A program made the position numbers and the translations under genes. Source: Octopus bimaculoides (Eukaryota). From it: 64,000 bases of DNA. Below the pieces are notes generated by a model. The model searched no databases. It had not been told where the DNA came from and worked only from the letters and a program-made list of their open reading frames with translations. Each line of letters opens with the position of its first letter. Position 1 is the first letter of the stretch. The stretch covers positions 10,550,811 through 10,614,810 of the forward strand of contig NC_068993.1 of assembly GCF_001194135.2 (NCBI RefSeq). Reading direction: 5' to 3'. Below, piece after piece: positions 1 through 12,443 of this stretch.

Positions 1-173
1 CTCGTGCAAACCAGAGAACATACTTAACTCCAGAATGGAGATTTTCAAGCCATGTTTACATTTTAGGAGGTTCCTGCTAGCCTTCTGGAGCCCACAAGAT
101 GGCAGTACAGCCGGAAATCAAGAGCCATTGGCAAAGGGAGATAATCCCCAATTGATACCTTTGAGTACGGCGT

Positions 174-354
174 TTACTTCTTTGTATTTTTTAAGAGGTC
201 ATGGGCCAACATGTTTTTGGGATTTGATGAATACGCCATAAAGCTAAACCCTTTATGAACAGGAAACCTAAGGCAATCCCATAAACTGGCCTTCCCCATT
301 TTTAATATATACTGCTCTACATCTGAGAGTGTGCTGCTTCTTTTGGATTTATGC
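174..354 (-). CDS. Candidate terminal exon of an unidentified gene (minus model, exon 3)
   Basis: Open frame HKSKRSSTLSDVEQYILKMGKASLWDCLRFPVHKGFSFMAYSSNPKNMLAHDLLKNTKK*. Weak acceptor (tgtttgtaaaag|G). Phase-compatible with exon 3059-3111. No protein family recognised. Confidence 0.2.
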
Positions 355-387
355 CTTTTACAAACAATATATAAATTTATATATATA

Positions 388-553
388 CTCTCAGAGTGGT
401 TGGCGTTAGGAAGGGCATCCAGCTGTAGAAACTCTGCCAAATCAGATTGGAGGCTGGTCTTGCCATCCGGTTTCACCAGTCCTCAGTCAAATCGTCCAAC
501 CCATGCTAGCATGGAAAGCGGACGTTAAACGATGATGATGATGATGATGATGA
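388..553 (+). mobile_element. RTE-LINE 3' terminal fragment with (GAT)n tail, in a (TA)n tract
   Basis: ctctcagagtggttggcgttaggaagggcatccagctgtagaaa...catgctagcatggaaagcggacgttaaac(gat)n, the same sequence as at least 10 other copies in the window. Confidence 0.85.
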
Positions 554-591
554 TATATATATATATATATGTATTTTGCCTATAATATTGG

Positions 592-1071
592 NNNNNNNNN
601 NNNNNNNNNNNNNNNNNNNNNNNNNNNNNNNNNNNNNNNNNNNNNNNNNNNNNNNNNNNNNNNNNNNNNNNNNNNNNNNNNNNNNNNNNNNNNNNNNNNN
701 NNNNNNNNNNNNNNNNNNNNNNNNNNNNNNNNNNNNNNNNNNNNNNNNNNNNNNNNNNNNNNNNNNNNNNNNNNNNNNNNNNNNNNNNNNNNNNNNNNNN
801 NNNNNNNNNNNNNNNNNNNNNNNNNNNNNNNNNNNNNNNNNNNNNNNNNNNNNNNNNNNNNNNNNNNNNNNNNNNNNNNNNNNNNNNNNNNNNNNNNNNN
901 NNNNNNNNNNNNNNNNNNNNNNNNNNNNNNNNNNNNNNNNNNNNNNNNNNNNNNNNNNNNNNNNNNNNNNNNNNNNNNNNNNNNNNNNNNNNNNNNNNNN
1001 NNNNNNNNNNNNNNNNNNNNNNNNNNNNNNNNNNNNNNNNNNNNNNNNNNNNNNNNNNNNNNNNNNNNNNN
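592..1071. other. Assembly gap. Other gaps: 8399-9318, 11281-11994, 14264-14847, 19874-20170, 23358-23495, 25141-25706, 38658-38968, 39226-39397, 41958-41967, 42130-42139, 45883-46657, 49706-50294
   Basis: N runs, most with a (TA)n, (TG)n or (AG)n microsatellite on at least one side. Confidence 0.99.
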
Positions 1072-1103
<32 letters not shown>

Positions 1104-1434
1104 CAGAAGGAGCGAGAGAGTCATTTTTGTTGTCTCTTCAGCTTATTTTCGTGTTAGTCATGCTCCATTTCTCCCCAGTTATTTTTGAAACTCTGTGACA
1201 ATAAGAAACCTTTAAAACCAAGCTAGTTCAGTTGTGTATGTGTGTGCACGCGGCAATCCCATGTATTCATGTATGCATGTGTGGCGTAACCTATGCCAAA
1301 GCAGCAGCAATTTATAAGCAATATCTATCTATCTATCTATTCATTTAATCTATCTATCTATCTAGGCAGGTAGGTAGGTAGGTAGCTAGGTAGGTAACAA
1401 ATGTAAAAGGTAGCATTCTACATTCACATACATA

Positions 1435-1655
1435 TACAAGGGGGTGTTGAAAAGTTCCTGGCTTTAAGTAAAAGAAAATACAGGAAGATCATTTAATTAT
1501 GATTTTATTGAACATATTCCCCTCTCAGATTCACACACTTATTGCAGTGGCCCTTCAGTTTTTCTAAGTCCTGTAAAAGAATTTCCAAGATAGGACCTCC
1601 AACCAGGCCTTTCATGATACTCTTAAAGCCTGGAACCTTTCAGCACCCCCTCTTA
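1435..1655. mobile_element. Mariner-type MITE (~220 bp)
   Basis: TA + caagggggtgttgaaaagttcctggctttaag ... cttaaagcctggaacctttcagcaccccctct + TA (long terminal inverted repeats). Second copy at 21175-21383. Confidence 0.85.
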
Positions 1656-1822
1656 TCATCATCATCGTTTAACGTCTGCTTTCCATGCTAGCATGGGTTG
1701 GACGATTTGACTGAGGACTGGCAAGCCAGAAGGCTGCACCAGGCTCCAATCTGATCTGGCAGAGTTTCTACAGCTGGATGCCATTCCTAACGCCAACCAC
1801 TCCGAGAGTGTAGTGGGTGCTT
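1656..1822 (-). mobile_element. RTE-LINE 3' terminal fragment
   Basis: (cat)n-cgtttaacgtctgctttccatgctagcatggg...ccactccgagagtgtagtgggtgct. Confidence 0.85.
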
Positions 1823-1950
1823 GCGAAGGGTAGATTCTCACAAGTGTAAAATATAATTAAAGGTACTCAATGGTGCAGGCTTAGCTGTGTGGTAAGAAGC
1901 TTGCTTCCCAACTACATGGTTCTGGGTCAGTGTGTGTGTGTGTGTGTGTG

Positions 1951-2108
1951 TATCATCATCATCATCGTTTAACGTCCACTTTCCATGCTAGCATGGGTGG
2001 ACGATTTGACTAAGGACTGGTGAAACCAGATGGCTACACCAGGCTCCAATCTAATTTGGCAGAGTTTCTACAGCTGGATGCCCTTCCTAACGCCAACCAC
2101 CCAGAGAG
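1951..2108 (-). mobile_element. RTE-LINE 3' terminal fragment between (TG)n and (TA)n
   Basis: Same family as 388-553, reverse orientation. Confidence 0.85.
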
Positions 2109-2124
2109 TATATGTGTATGTATG

Positions 2125-2181
<57 letters not shown>

Positions 2182-2182
2182 A

Positions 2183-2330
2183 TGTGGCTTAGAAGTTAGA
2201 GTGTTGGACTCATGATCATAAGATTGTGATTTCAATTCCTGGACCAGGCGATGTGTTGCATTCTTGAGCAAAACACTTCATTTCTCATTGCTCCAGTCCA
2301 CTCAGCTGGCAGAAATGAGTAATCACATGT
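2183..2330 (+). mobile_element. tRNA-derived SINE head (family D)
   Basis: gtggcttagaagttagagtgttggactc...tttcaattcctgg (A/B-box-like), then ttgagcaaaacacttcatttc...ttgctccagtccactcagctg. Confidence 0.7.
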
Positions 2331-2617
2331 GAATAGTTCTGACTTTAGTCCTCTAATATCTCAGATATCCTCTGTTCCTATTACATCTTGACATACCATA
2401 CCGTTCAAGATATTGAGTTATTGATAACAGAGAGAGAGAGAGAGAGAAACATGGGCACTTGGTGCACACACGACACAGCCACCGGTTTACAATGTCTTGA
2501 CATTCTATAAAAAACAGAGTAATTGATGATAAAGGGAGAAAAAACATGGGCACTTGGTGCACACTTGATGTTGTCTGTTCCTTGCTTGGTTCTTTCATTC
2601 TTTGTGTGTCAATGCAG

Positions 2618-2684
2618 CCACATAACTTCTCTGACATGCGTAAAATGTCAGACACAAGCCACATTGTCGAAGATGAGACAGAAG
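2618..2684 (+). CDS. Candidate internal exon (plus model, exon 1)
   Basis: Long pyrimidine-rich tract then cag|, reads [22 protein letters not shown], donor GAAG|gtcaga (alternative donor ACA|gtaagt at 2715). Phase-compatible with 12234-12265. Confidence 0.3.
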
Positions 2685-2779
2685 GTCAGAAGTAATATAA
2701 TAATATATCTGTACAGTAAGTTTCTATCTATCTGTCTGTATAGTGTGTGCATGCTATATGTATGTGAGATCGTGTGCAC

Positions 2780-2976
<197 letters not shown>

Positions 2977-3058
2977 TACACACGCTAATACACGACTTAT
3001 AATACCCAATCCTGTTCATACAACGACTGGGGCAAACTAATCGGTATACAGCACTTAC

Positions 3059-3111
3059 TCGGTATTACCTGTATCCTCTGGGGTTTGTTTAATTCCAATA
3101 CCTTCCTCAAC
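3059..3111 (-). CDS. Candidate internal exon (minus model, exon 2)
   Basis: (ta)n-aag|GTTGAGGAAGG..., reads VEEGIGIKQTPEDTGNT, donor CCGA|gtaagt (alternative CAG|gtaata at 3069). Confidence 0.25.
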
Positions 3112-3290
3112 CTTATATATATATATATATATATACGTATGTATGTATGTATATATATATATATGTATTTATGTGTGTAGGCCTATAGGAAAATACCTGT
3201 ATGTAATGTTATGCATGCTAAATATAGATGTTGTAGAGTCTCGGCTATTTAATATAGTGGAGCAGTAAAACTTCAAGTAACTGACATTAC

Positions 3291-3345
3291 CTTTGCAACG
3301 AGAAGACAGAAACTCCCTCCAGGAGCATGTTTAAAATTTTTATAA
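3291..3345 (-). CDS. Candidate internal exon (minus model, exon 1)
   Basis: ctccctaacttgtag|T TAT AAA..., reads YKNFKHAPGGSFCLLVAK, donor AAG|gtaatg. Ends in phase 0, matching 3111. Confidence 0.3.
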
Positions 3346-3795
3346 CTACAAGTTAGGGAGATAACTGTCATCATATCAGCTAATTCAGATTTTAAGAAAA
3401 CAAATTAACGACAGGCGATGAATTTCCAGCCTGTTGGCTGGTTGGTTGGCTGGTTTGTTGGCTGGTTTGTTGTCGGATATTTTATCCACTCTGACAAGCC
3501 AGCCTTGGTTTTGCTTCTTCGGCACATTTACCATTAAATGTGTCAAAAGTCAAACAGTCAACCAACCATTCTAACTGGGACAGCTTCTTTTTTTTTTTTC
3601 ACCTGTCACTATTTCAGGTGAACTGTGGGCATATCTAATGAAATCTTACAGTAGTCAGAGAGTTTCTGGTTGCATACAAATATATTTTGTGTGAGTGTGT
3701 CTACAAATGTGTACATAGATGTATGTGTATATGTGTGGATGTGTAAATATATGTATGTAAGTATATATATGGATATACATGTGTGTATGTATGAA

Positions 3796-3841
<46 letters not shown>

Positions 3842-3959
3842 TGTATGTATGTATGAATATGTGTGTATATATACACACACACATCATTGTAGTTATTGTT
3901 CTTCTACCTGCCCATGCTGGCAAGCACGAAACAGGCCATTACAGACAGAGACAATAACT

Positions 3960-5340
3960 GTTCAGAGCTGGTCCCCTCTCAAATAGTCCCGTGGACTACA
4001 TCTCAGTTCTAAGTTCCAACAAGGTTTATGTTGATAACATACCAAGTATCCATTACCACAGACATGGATCCCTGTTAGGTATTCATCACTTACTCCCACA
4101 TACCATGAAAAGAGCAGCTAAGTCTCTTGTAACACCAACTACAATGGCCACACCTTACTCCTGTATATTTAGTTTATTATTACACTTAAACAAGTGACTC
4201 TTTGGTATTATTCTTTTTCATGCTGGCACCAACAATATGTGCTGTTCAAATGAGAACAATATGTTCTTATTTGATCATAGTTCCCACATTTTTTGGTGGT
4301 TTTAGTCTATTCCTTTCAGCACTCAATCAAATTTTTTTTTTCATAGTTGGTATATTGGTGAATAATCTACCTTGTTCAGGTTGAATGGATCCAAAATTTC
4401 TTTTAAATCATATTTGTTTAATCCATTAGCATTCAGATTATTCAATCAAATTTAATATTTATTCAGATTGCTTTGAAATAAACACGCATTATCTCATAGT
4501 TTTGAGATTTCAATGTATGATCGTATATTTTTAGAATGATATTGTGGGGTCGGTGTGAGGGGTCAGATCTGGTCAATTTGAACACAAAACAGGTAGAACA
4601 TCTAGGCCGGTTACAGCTAGTTTAAATGTTAAATGGTTAAGTATTCATTATTGCCGGTGAGTTTTATGAAAAATCCCAGCCCACTTGCATCAATATTGCG
4701 AAACATTACATCACTTTTGTAAATAATCGCCACAAACTTCGTTACAGCAAAATCATTATATTGACTGATGTATAAAGGGTTATTACATCCAAGTTACCTA
4801 TAATGTAATTTGTTAAGTTATTGGAGTGGTTACTGTCATTGATTTTACTGAGGTGTTCAATGTTGTTTCCAACATCTATAGGCATTTCTGCTAATGGTCG
4901 TATGGCCATTGCGAAGAGCCAATAGTTGCTGGAAATATTGGCTCCACAGACTGATCTAGGTTCAGGCTCTAGCAATGAGATCAGAGGTAGGTATGTAATT
5001 TTTCTGAAGTCCACACAATGCAGATACATTATTTTGGGTGGTCAGAAGTCATTTCTAGTCTGATTTCTTTGAGTGGAAGATGTTATGCTTGTAACCTTGT
5101 TAATCACTGATTCATTCATGGTATGTTCAATTGTGAACCAGGTTCACTGATCAGGGATTGATCTGTGATAATGTTCAGTGGAAGATTCTGCTTGGGTCAC
5201 AAAACATGTGCCCAGCAACTACTCACAATGCTCAGCTACCCAGGATGTACTGACAACTGCTTGTGCTTATATGACTCTGCTGCAAGGCTGTTTATCTTTT
5301 TATACTGATTTTTAGCCCATAACAACATGGGACCAGTGGA
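3960..5340 (-). pseudogene. Degenerate Penelope-like retroelement reverse transcriptase
   Basis: Minus-strand frames give, in the expected order, HLSKINDS...IGNLDVITLYTSV (like SLDVxSLYT) and FKCNNKLNIQE*GVAIVVGVTRDLAALFM (like FxFNxxxYxQxxGxAMGxxLAxLFM), then an eroded YxDD region. Stops and frameshifts present; boundaries approximate. Confidence 0.6.
4418..4640. mobile_element. piggyBac-like MITE inserted in the Penelope remnant
   Basis: TTAA-tccattagcattca ... taaatgttaaatgg-TTAA. A related copy in the opposite orientation lies at 13428-13640. Confidence 0.7.
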
Positions 5341-5762
5341 CAGAAAAACATATGAAGGGGCCTGATCCTAACAAATGATGCAAACAGGTGTGTTCTTTAC
5401 AGGAAAGGGTAGAGATGATTTTATATCCTGGTGTTTGATAAACAATTTAACAAAGCAGGGGGAAAAGAAAATATTCACACGGCACAATGCAATTACTGTT
5501 ACATGAGGTTAACTGCTCTCTGCCAAGGGCTCACAATGAACTGCTTTCCAACTACTCACAGTGCTCTATTTTATAGCAATATGTCAGTCCACTTGGAGGT
5601 GGTTGGAATACTTCCACAACAGATAATCAAGAAAATATGCGATGGTAAAAGCTTCATTGCTGTGGGCCACAAGTTTGGTGTCAATAATGCTGGCATTCAT
5701 TTCATTTACAAAGAATATGAAGATGGTTTATATATATCACTGTGAATTTTTTGGAACCAGTG

Positions 5763-6030
5763 AAGGCCCATGGCTTAGTGGTTATGGTGTTCAGCTCACG
5801 ACCGTGAGGGCAGGAGTTTGATTCCTTGACTTCATTCGATGGTTGTAAATAAGCATTGTCCATTTCCAGTTGTCTGTGTAAAGTGTGTTAGGTTATGAGG
5901 AAATATTACCTTGGAAACAGGTGAGTGACAGGAAAGGCATCCAGCAATAGACAATCTGTTTGAACAAGCTGTATCCCATTCATGCAAACATGAATAAGTG
6001 GACATTAAGGACATTAAACAATGATGAGGA
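5763..6030 (+). mobile_element. SINE: tRNA-like head plus body ending in an RTE-type tail
   Basis: ggcccatggcttagtggttatggtg...gagtttgattcc, then gaaatattaccttggaaacagg...ggaaaggcatccagc...catgcaaacatg...ggacattaaacaatgatgag. Confidence 0.6.
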
Positions 6031-6033
6031 TGT

Positions 6034-6414
6034 GTTGGCACTCCGTCGCTTACGACTTCGAGGGTTCCAGTTGATCCGATCAACGGAACAGTCTGCTTGT
6101 GAAATTAACGTGCAAGTGGCTGAGCACTCCACAGACACGTGTACCCTTAACGTAGTTCTCAGGGATATTCAGCGTGACACAGCATGACAAGGCTGACCCT
6201 TTGAATTACAGGCACAACAGAAACAGGAAGTAAGAGTGAGAGAAAGTTGTGGTGGAAGAGTACAGCAGGGTTCGCCACCATCCCCTGCCGGAGCCTCGTG
6301 GAGCTTTAGGTGTTTTCGCTCAATAAACACTCACAACGCCCGGCCTGGGAATCGAAACCGCGATCCTATGACCGTGAGTCTGCTGCCCTAACCACTGGGC
6401 CATTGCGCCTCCAC
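6034..6414 (-). mobile_element. Full-length tRNA-derived SINE (family C, ~380 bp)
   Basis: Reverse strand starts gtggaggcgcaatggcccagtggttagggcagc...ggtttcgattcc (A and B boxes). Second, partial copy at 42140-42313. Confidence 0.85.
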
Positions 6415-6769
6415 TGATGATGATGTAGCAAGAATTTAAAGAGTTATTTGTATCACGGTTACCAATGAGGATTGGTGGTTAGAATTAGAACTTAGACCAA
6501 AGATTTTGATAGCATTGTCAGTAATTCTCAGGAATTCATTATTTGTGGCTATTGTTATTCCCTAATTTCTAAATAATTAGCATAGAATTGGTTTTTCCTT
6601 TTTATGTTTTCAATTTCAGGTTTACAATCAATATTATTGTCTTTCAAAAATACGGTTTAATTCAGTCGTAATTTGAGAACAGATGTTTCATATGTATTTT
6701 GTTATATTGCACCATATGCTCTGCTGGTATTGTCTGTTTGTATTTCTAACCTTTGTGTGTATGCGTGTG

Positions 6770-7100
6770 ATTGTGTGCGCATGTGTGTGTGTGTGTGTAC
6801 ATGTGTGTGTGTGTGTGTGCATGTGAGTGTGTGTGCATGTGAGTGCGTGTGTGTACATGTGAGTGTGTGTGTGTGTGTGTGTACACGTGAGTGTGTCTGT
6901 GTACATTGAGTGCATGTGTGTACATGTGAGTGCGTGTGTGTACATGTGAGTGCGTGTGTGTACATGTGAGTGCGTGTGTGTAAATGTGAGTGCATGTGTG
7001 TAAATGTGAGTGCATGTGTGTAAATGTGAGTGCATGTGTGTAAATGTGAGTGCATGTGTGTAAATGTGAGTGCGTGTGTGTAAATGTGAGTGTGTGTACT
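6770..7100. repeat. (TG)-derived minisatellite, ~20-bp unit tgtgagtgcatgtgtgtaaa
   Basis: Visible tandem array of more than 10 units. Confidence 0.9.
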
Positions 7101-7109
7101 TGTGCGTGT

Positions 7110-7868
7110 ATGTGCAGGCATTGGCCACATTTGGTTGGTGCTTTTTACGTGCAACCAGTATGGGGGCCAGTCAGGCAGACCTGGCATCAACCACATTCAG
7201 ATGGTGCTTTCTACATGCCACCAGTACGGAAGTCAGTCAGGGGGCACTGGCAACAGCTACAATATTGGTTTTACTTGACTCAACAGGTTTTCTCAAGCAT
7301 ATCATATCACATGACGCATCAGGGGTACTCTTAACAGGGCTGAACATGCGTGGCTGCGATCTCACTTTAGTTGCTGGGTTTTCTCAATCACAGCGTATCT
7401 CTAAAGGTCTCAGTCTCCTGTCATTGCCTCTGTGAGGCCCAATGTTCGAAGGTCATGTTTCACCACCTCATCCCATGTCCTCCTGCGTCTACCTCTTCCG
7501 CAGGTTCCTTCCACAGTTAGGGAGTGGCACTTCCTCACACAGCTGTCTTTATTCATACATAACACATGGGCCATACCAATGCAGTCGTCTCTCTTGCACA
7601 CAACATTTGATGCTTCTTATGCCCAACTTTTCTCTCAGGGCACTTACACTCTGTCATGTGTACACACTGACATTACACATCCACCGGATCATACTAGCTT
7701 CATTGCTTTCAAGCCTACACATGTCCTCAGCAGTCATGGCCCATGTTTCACTGCCATGTAGCACAGCAGTTTACACACATGCATCATACAGTCTACCTTT
7801 CATCCTGAGCGAGAGGCTCTTAGTTGCCAGCAGAGGTAGGAGCTCCCTGAACTTTGCCCAGGCTATTT
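7110..7868 (-). pseudogene. RTE-clade LINE ORF2 C-terminus plus start of the 3'UTR
   Basis: Minus translation IAWAKFRELLPLL...KGRLYDACV*TAVLHGSETW...RLESNEASMIRWMC...QERRLHWYG/HVLCMNKDSCVRKCHSLTVEGTCGRGRRRRTWDEVVKHDL, followed by tandem gccagt...actggc/gtaaaaagcacc-like units. Confidence 0.9.
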
Positions 7869-9353
7869 TTATTCATGAAATTATTAAATTATAAAATTAA
7901 TTATACTTTTAATTATTAAATTAATCATACTTTACTAGGAAATGGCTGAAGGTTAGTGATAGGAAGGGCATCCAGGCATTGAAAATCTGCTTCCAAACAC
8001 TGTCTGACCAACTCAAGCATGGAAAACTGTATGCTAAAACAACAATGATCCCTTTTTCTATTTTGTATGTTGGTAAACAAAACGACATGGTATAGGGTCA
8101 AGAGGACCCTTTTATCTTGCTGAGGACATGACAACCCCTTTGGTGCCGGTGCCATCATAGAGATGCTTCCAGTATATTCTTTGAAGTGGTTGATGATAGG
8201 AAGAGTGCCCAACGGTATAAGTCTTGTCAAACATGTCATGCATGAGCAAGATTCAGTCTTCTGATTGGTTAAAGACAGCAGGAACTCTGAATCTGAGATG
8301 ACATACAGTGCAACGATCAGATCAACCCATGCCAGTCCAGAAAGCAGACACATGAGGATGATGATGATATATGTGCATCCATGCACACACACAAACTANN
8401 NNNNNNNNNNNNNNNNNNNNNNNNNNNNNNNNNNNNNNNNNNNNNNNNNNNNNNNNNNNNNNNNNNNNNNNNNNNNNNNNNNNNNNNNNNNNNNNNNNNN
8501 NNNNNNNNNNNNNNNNNNNNNNNNNNNNNNNNNNNNNNNNNNNNNNNNNNNNNNNNNNNNNNNNNNNNNNNNNNNNNNNNNNNNNNNNNNNNNNNNNNNN
8601 NNNNNNNNNNNNNNNNNNNNNNNNNNNNNNNNNNNNNNNNNNNNNNNNNNNNNNNNNNNNNNNNNNNNNNNNNNNNNNNNNNNNNNNNNNNNNNNNNNNN
8701 NNNNNNNNNNNNNNNNNNNNNNNNNNNNNNNNNNNNNNNNNNNNNNNNNNNNNNNNNNNNNNNNNNNNNNNNNNNNNNNNNNNNNNNNNNNNNNNNNNNN
8801 NNNNNNNNNNNNNNNNNNNNNNNNNNNNNNNNNNNNNNNNNNNNNNNNNNNNNNNNNNNNNNNNNNNNNNNNNNNNNNNNNNNNNNNNNNNNNNNNNNNN
8901 NNNNNNNNNNNNNNNNNNNNNNNNNNNNNNNNNNNNNNNNNNNNNNNNNNNNNNNNNNNNNNNNNNNNNNNNNNNNNNNNNNNNNNNNNNNNNNNNNNNN
9001 NNNNNNNNNNNNNNNNNNNNNNNNNNNNNNNNNNNNNNNNNNNNNNNNNNNNNNNNNNNNNNNNNNNNNNNNNNNNNNNNNNNNNNNNNNNNNNNNNNNN
9101 NNNNNNNNNNNNNNNNNNNNNNNNNNNNNNNNNNNNNNNNNNNNNNNNNNNNNNNNNNNNNNNNNNNNNNNNNNNNNNNNNNNNNNNNNNNNNNNNNNNN
9201 NNNNNNNNNNNNNNNNNNNNNNNNNNNNNNNNNNNNNNNNNNNNNNNNNNNNNNNNNNNNNNNNNNNNNNNNNNNNNNNNNNNNNNNNNNNNNNNNNNNN
9301 NNNNNNNNNNNNNNNNNNATATATATATATATATATGGTCTTATAAAAATAAT

Positions 9354-9385
<32 letters not shown>

Positions 9386-9661
9386 TACCTACACGCACAT
9401 GCATTATGAATACATATATATATATATATGCACTGATATAAAAATGGTGTGTGTGTGTGAATATGCACATACACACACCTTATAATGTACATTATATATA
9501 TGTATATATATATATATATATATAAAACTAAATACATATATATAACTAAATACATACACACACATATATAACTAAATATACACTCACACACACACATATA
9601 TGAATATATATGAATGTGTGTGTACATATATACATGTGAGCACTATACATATGTGTGTTAC

Positions 9662-9696
<35 letters not shown>

Positions 9697-10287
9697 TTAT
9701 GCACACATATACATATGTACACACACATATATATATGTAATACACATACATATACACATACACACGTACATATATGTATATATATTATATATATATTTGT
9801 ACATAAAATATATATGAATTCACACACAAACATGAACTCTCTTATTCAAATAATTATACGTACTTTACATATATACACATACACACATGCTCTCTCTCTC
9901 TCTCTCTCTCACATATATACATGTATGTTTGCATGTACAAATATTTCTTTTTCAAACAAGTAAAAAAAAGAAGCTCAAACAATTTGTATATTTCTCCTCC
10001 CCCTCCTCTTCCTCCTCCTCCTTCTTTGCATTATGATTCTCTATCGATGCAAATGAAATAAGTCTCCAGCGAGAACTCTGTAGTGTATAAGAAACCGGTT
10101 AGACAGGTTTGAGACAAAAGGAACCCAGAACTTTAGAATTATAGGCTGAGAAACGCAGCAGTAGTCAGTTTTCTTTATGGATCATTTAAAGATTTTATAC
10201 CTGTTATTTTTGAATCATGAAAACGAGTACATACAACTGAACGATCTTGAAGTATTTCTTTATTTAATTATTTATTTTATCTACTTC

Positions 10288-10320
<33 letters not shown>

Positions 10321-10457
10321 TTGTATTGCTGTTTAGGCAATGATTTGGCAGGAATGACATAATGTCATATTACCTCATAGGTCGTGTAGTATTCAAATTC
10401 TTTCGGGATTGATTAATTTGATTTTTGTTCTTTGGTGTTGTTTTGTTATTGTAGTTA

Positions 10458-10659
10458 TCTTTTGCTTGTTTCAGTCATTGGACTGTGGCCATGCTGGGGC
10501 TCTGCCTTGAAGGGTCTTAGTCAAACAGATCAACCAGGTACCTACATTTTCAACCTTGTACTTATTCTGTCACTCCCTTTTACTGAACTGCTAATTAGAG
10601 GGACATAAATGAACCAACACTGGTTGACATGGTGAAGGTGGAGACAAACAAAGTCACAA

Positions 10660-10693
<34 letters not shown>

Positions 10694-10860
10694 TCACACA
10701 AAGGGCTTCCACAGAGTTTCCATCTACCAAATTCATTCATTAAGGCTTTGGTTGGCCAGGGGCTATAAGAGTAGACACTTGCCCAAGGTGCTGTGCTATA
10801 AGACTGAACCCAAAACCTTGTGGTTGCAAAATACACTTCTTAACCACACAGCCATGTCTA
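10458..10860 (-). mobile_element. Major tRNA-derived SINE (family A) with internal (CA)n/(TA)n
   Basis: Head ...ggctgtgtggttaagaag...ttgggcaagtgtc..., central microsatellite, tail ...ccagcatggccacagtccaatgactgaaacaag. Confidence 0.85.
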
Positions 10861-11072
10861 TATTGTTGTTATTCTATTTCCAGCTTCTTGGTGAAAGATG
10901 TTCCAGCCAGGAAAATCCCATGTTTATTCAGTAATGATATATCATGCCTACACACATACACACATCTATCCATCCATAAGATAGGCTTCTTTCAGTTTCT
11001 CTCTGCCAAATTCACTTGCTAGGCTTTGGTCAGCCTAGTGCTGTAGTAGAAGACACTTGTCCATGGTGCCAT

Positions 11073-11240
11073 AGGTGCAGGCGTGACTGTATGGTAAGTA
11101 GCTTGCTTACCAACCACATTTTTCCAGGTTCAGTCTCACTGCATGGCACCTTGGGCAAGTGTCTTCTGCTATAGCCTCAGGCCAACCAAAGCCTTCTGAG
11201 TGGATTTGGTAGATGGAAACTGAAAGAAGCCTGTCGTATA
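11073..11240 (+). mobile_element. SINE family A, 5' half, running into (TA)n and a gap
   Basis: gcaggcgtgactgtatggtaagtagcttgcttacc...gaaactgaaagaagcctgtcg(ta)n. Confidence 0.85.
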
Positions 11241-11244
11241 TATA

Positions 11245-11280
<36 letters not shown>

Positions 11281-11994
11281 NNNNNNNNNNNNNNNNNNNN
11301 NNNNNNNNNNNNNNNNNNNNNNNNNNNNNNNNNNNNNNNNNNNNNNNNNNNNNNNNNNNNNNNNNNNNNNNNNNNNNNNNNNNNNNNNNNNNNNNNNNNN
11401 NNNNNNNNNNNNNNNNNNNNNNNNNNNNNNNNNNNNNNNNNNNNNNNNNNNNNNNNNNNNNNNNNNNNNNNNNNNNNNNNNNNNNNNNNNNNNNNNNNNN
11501 NNNNNNNNNNNNNNNNNNNNNNNNNNNNNNNNNNNNNNNNNNNNNNNNNNNNNNNNNNNNNNNNNNNNNNNNNNNNNNNNNNNNNNNNNNNNNNNNNNNN
11601 NNNNNNNNNNNNNNNNNNNNNNNNNNNNNNNNNNNNNNNNNNNNNNNNNNNNNNNNNNNNNNNNNNNNNNNNNNNNNNNNNNNNNNNNNNNNNNNNNNNN
11701 NNNNNNNNNNNNNNNNNNNNNNNNNNNNNNNNNNNNNNNNNNNNNNNNNNNNNNNNNNNNNNNNNNNNNNNNNNNNNNNNNNNNNNNNNNNNNNNNNNNN
11801 NNNNNNNNNNNNNNNNNNNNNNNNNNNNNNNNNNNNNNNNNNNNNNNNNNNNNNNNNNNNNNNNNNNNNNNNNNNNNNNNNNNNNNNNNNNNNNNNNNNN
11901 NNNNNNNNNNNNNNNNNNNNNNNNNNNNNNNNNNNNNNNNNNNNNNNNNNNNNNNNNNNNNNNNNNNNNNNNNNNNNNNNNNNNNNNNNNNNNN

Positions 11995-12035
<41 letters not shown>

Positions 12036-12233
12036 AAAAAGACACACATGCATGTGTATGTGTATGTGTGATGGTAACTTGACTCATTGCTATTGTTTAT
12101 GGCAGACATAATTGAATGTAACACTTACTTGTAAGAAATCAATATTATTAACACAATCATGTTGCCAGAGACTAAATCTTCAGATTCTCTTGTATTTACT
12201 GTCTTTTCAATAGTATTTCTTAATTTCTTCCAG

Positions 12234-12265
12234 ACGTTCCTCAAAATGCAGTGAATCTTCGTAAA
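12234..12265 (+). CDS. Candidate 32-nt exon (plus model, exon 2)
   Basis: Strong acceptor tttcttaatttcttccag|, reads (D)VPQNAVNLRK, donor AAA|gtgaga. Only one frame is open. Confidence 0.3.
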
Positions 12266-12443
12266 GTGAGAATACATTTTTTTTCTTATTTTCTATTTCT
12301 TTTCTTCTTTTTTTTATTGGAAGATGATTTGAATATTATGAATGAGGCACATTAACTAGTTCAATCAAATTACTAATTTATTGAAAATATAATAAATGAT
12401 TTTATTTTTTAAATTGTACTGTTTTGTGATAGTCATTTTACAG

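Noticed and set aside
5431-5745. 104-aa plus-strand ORF
   Set aside because: No recognisable motif, and it lies next to the minus-strand Penelope remnant.
6340-6414. tRNA-like sequences here and at other SINE heads
   Set aside because: They have A/B boxes but no complete cloverleaf and continue into SINE bodies, so they are not tRNA genes.
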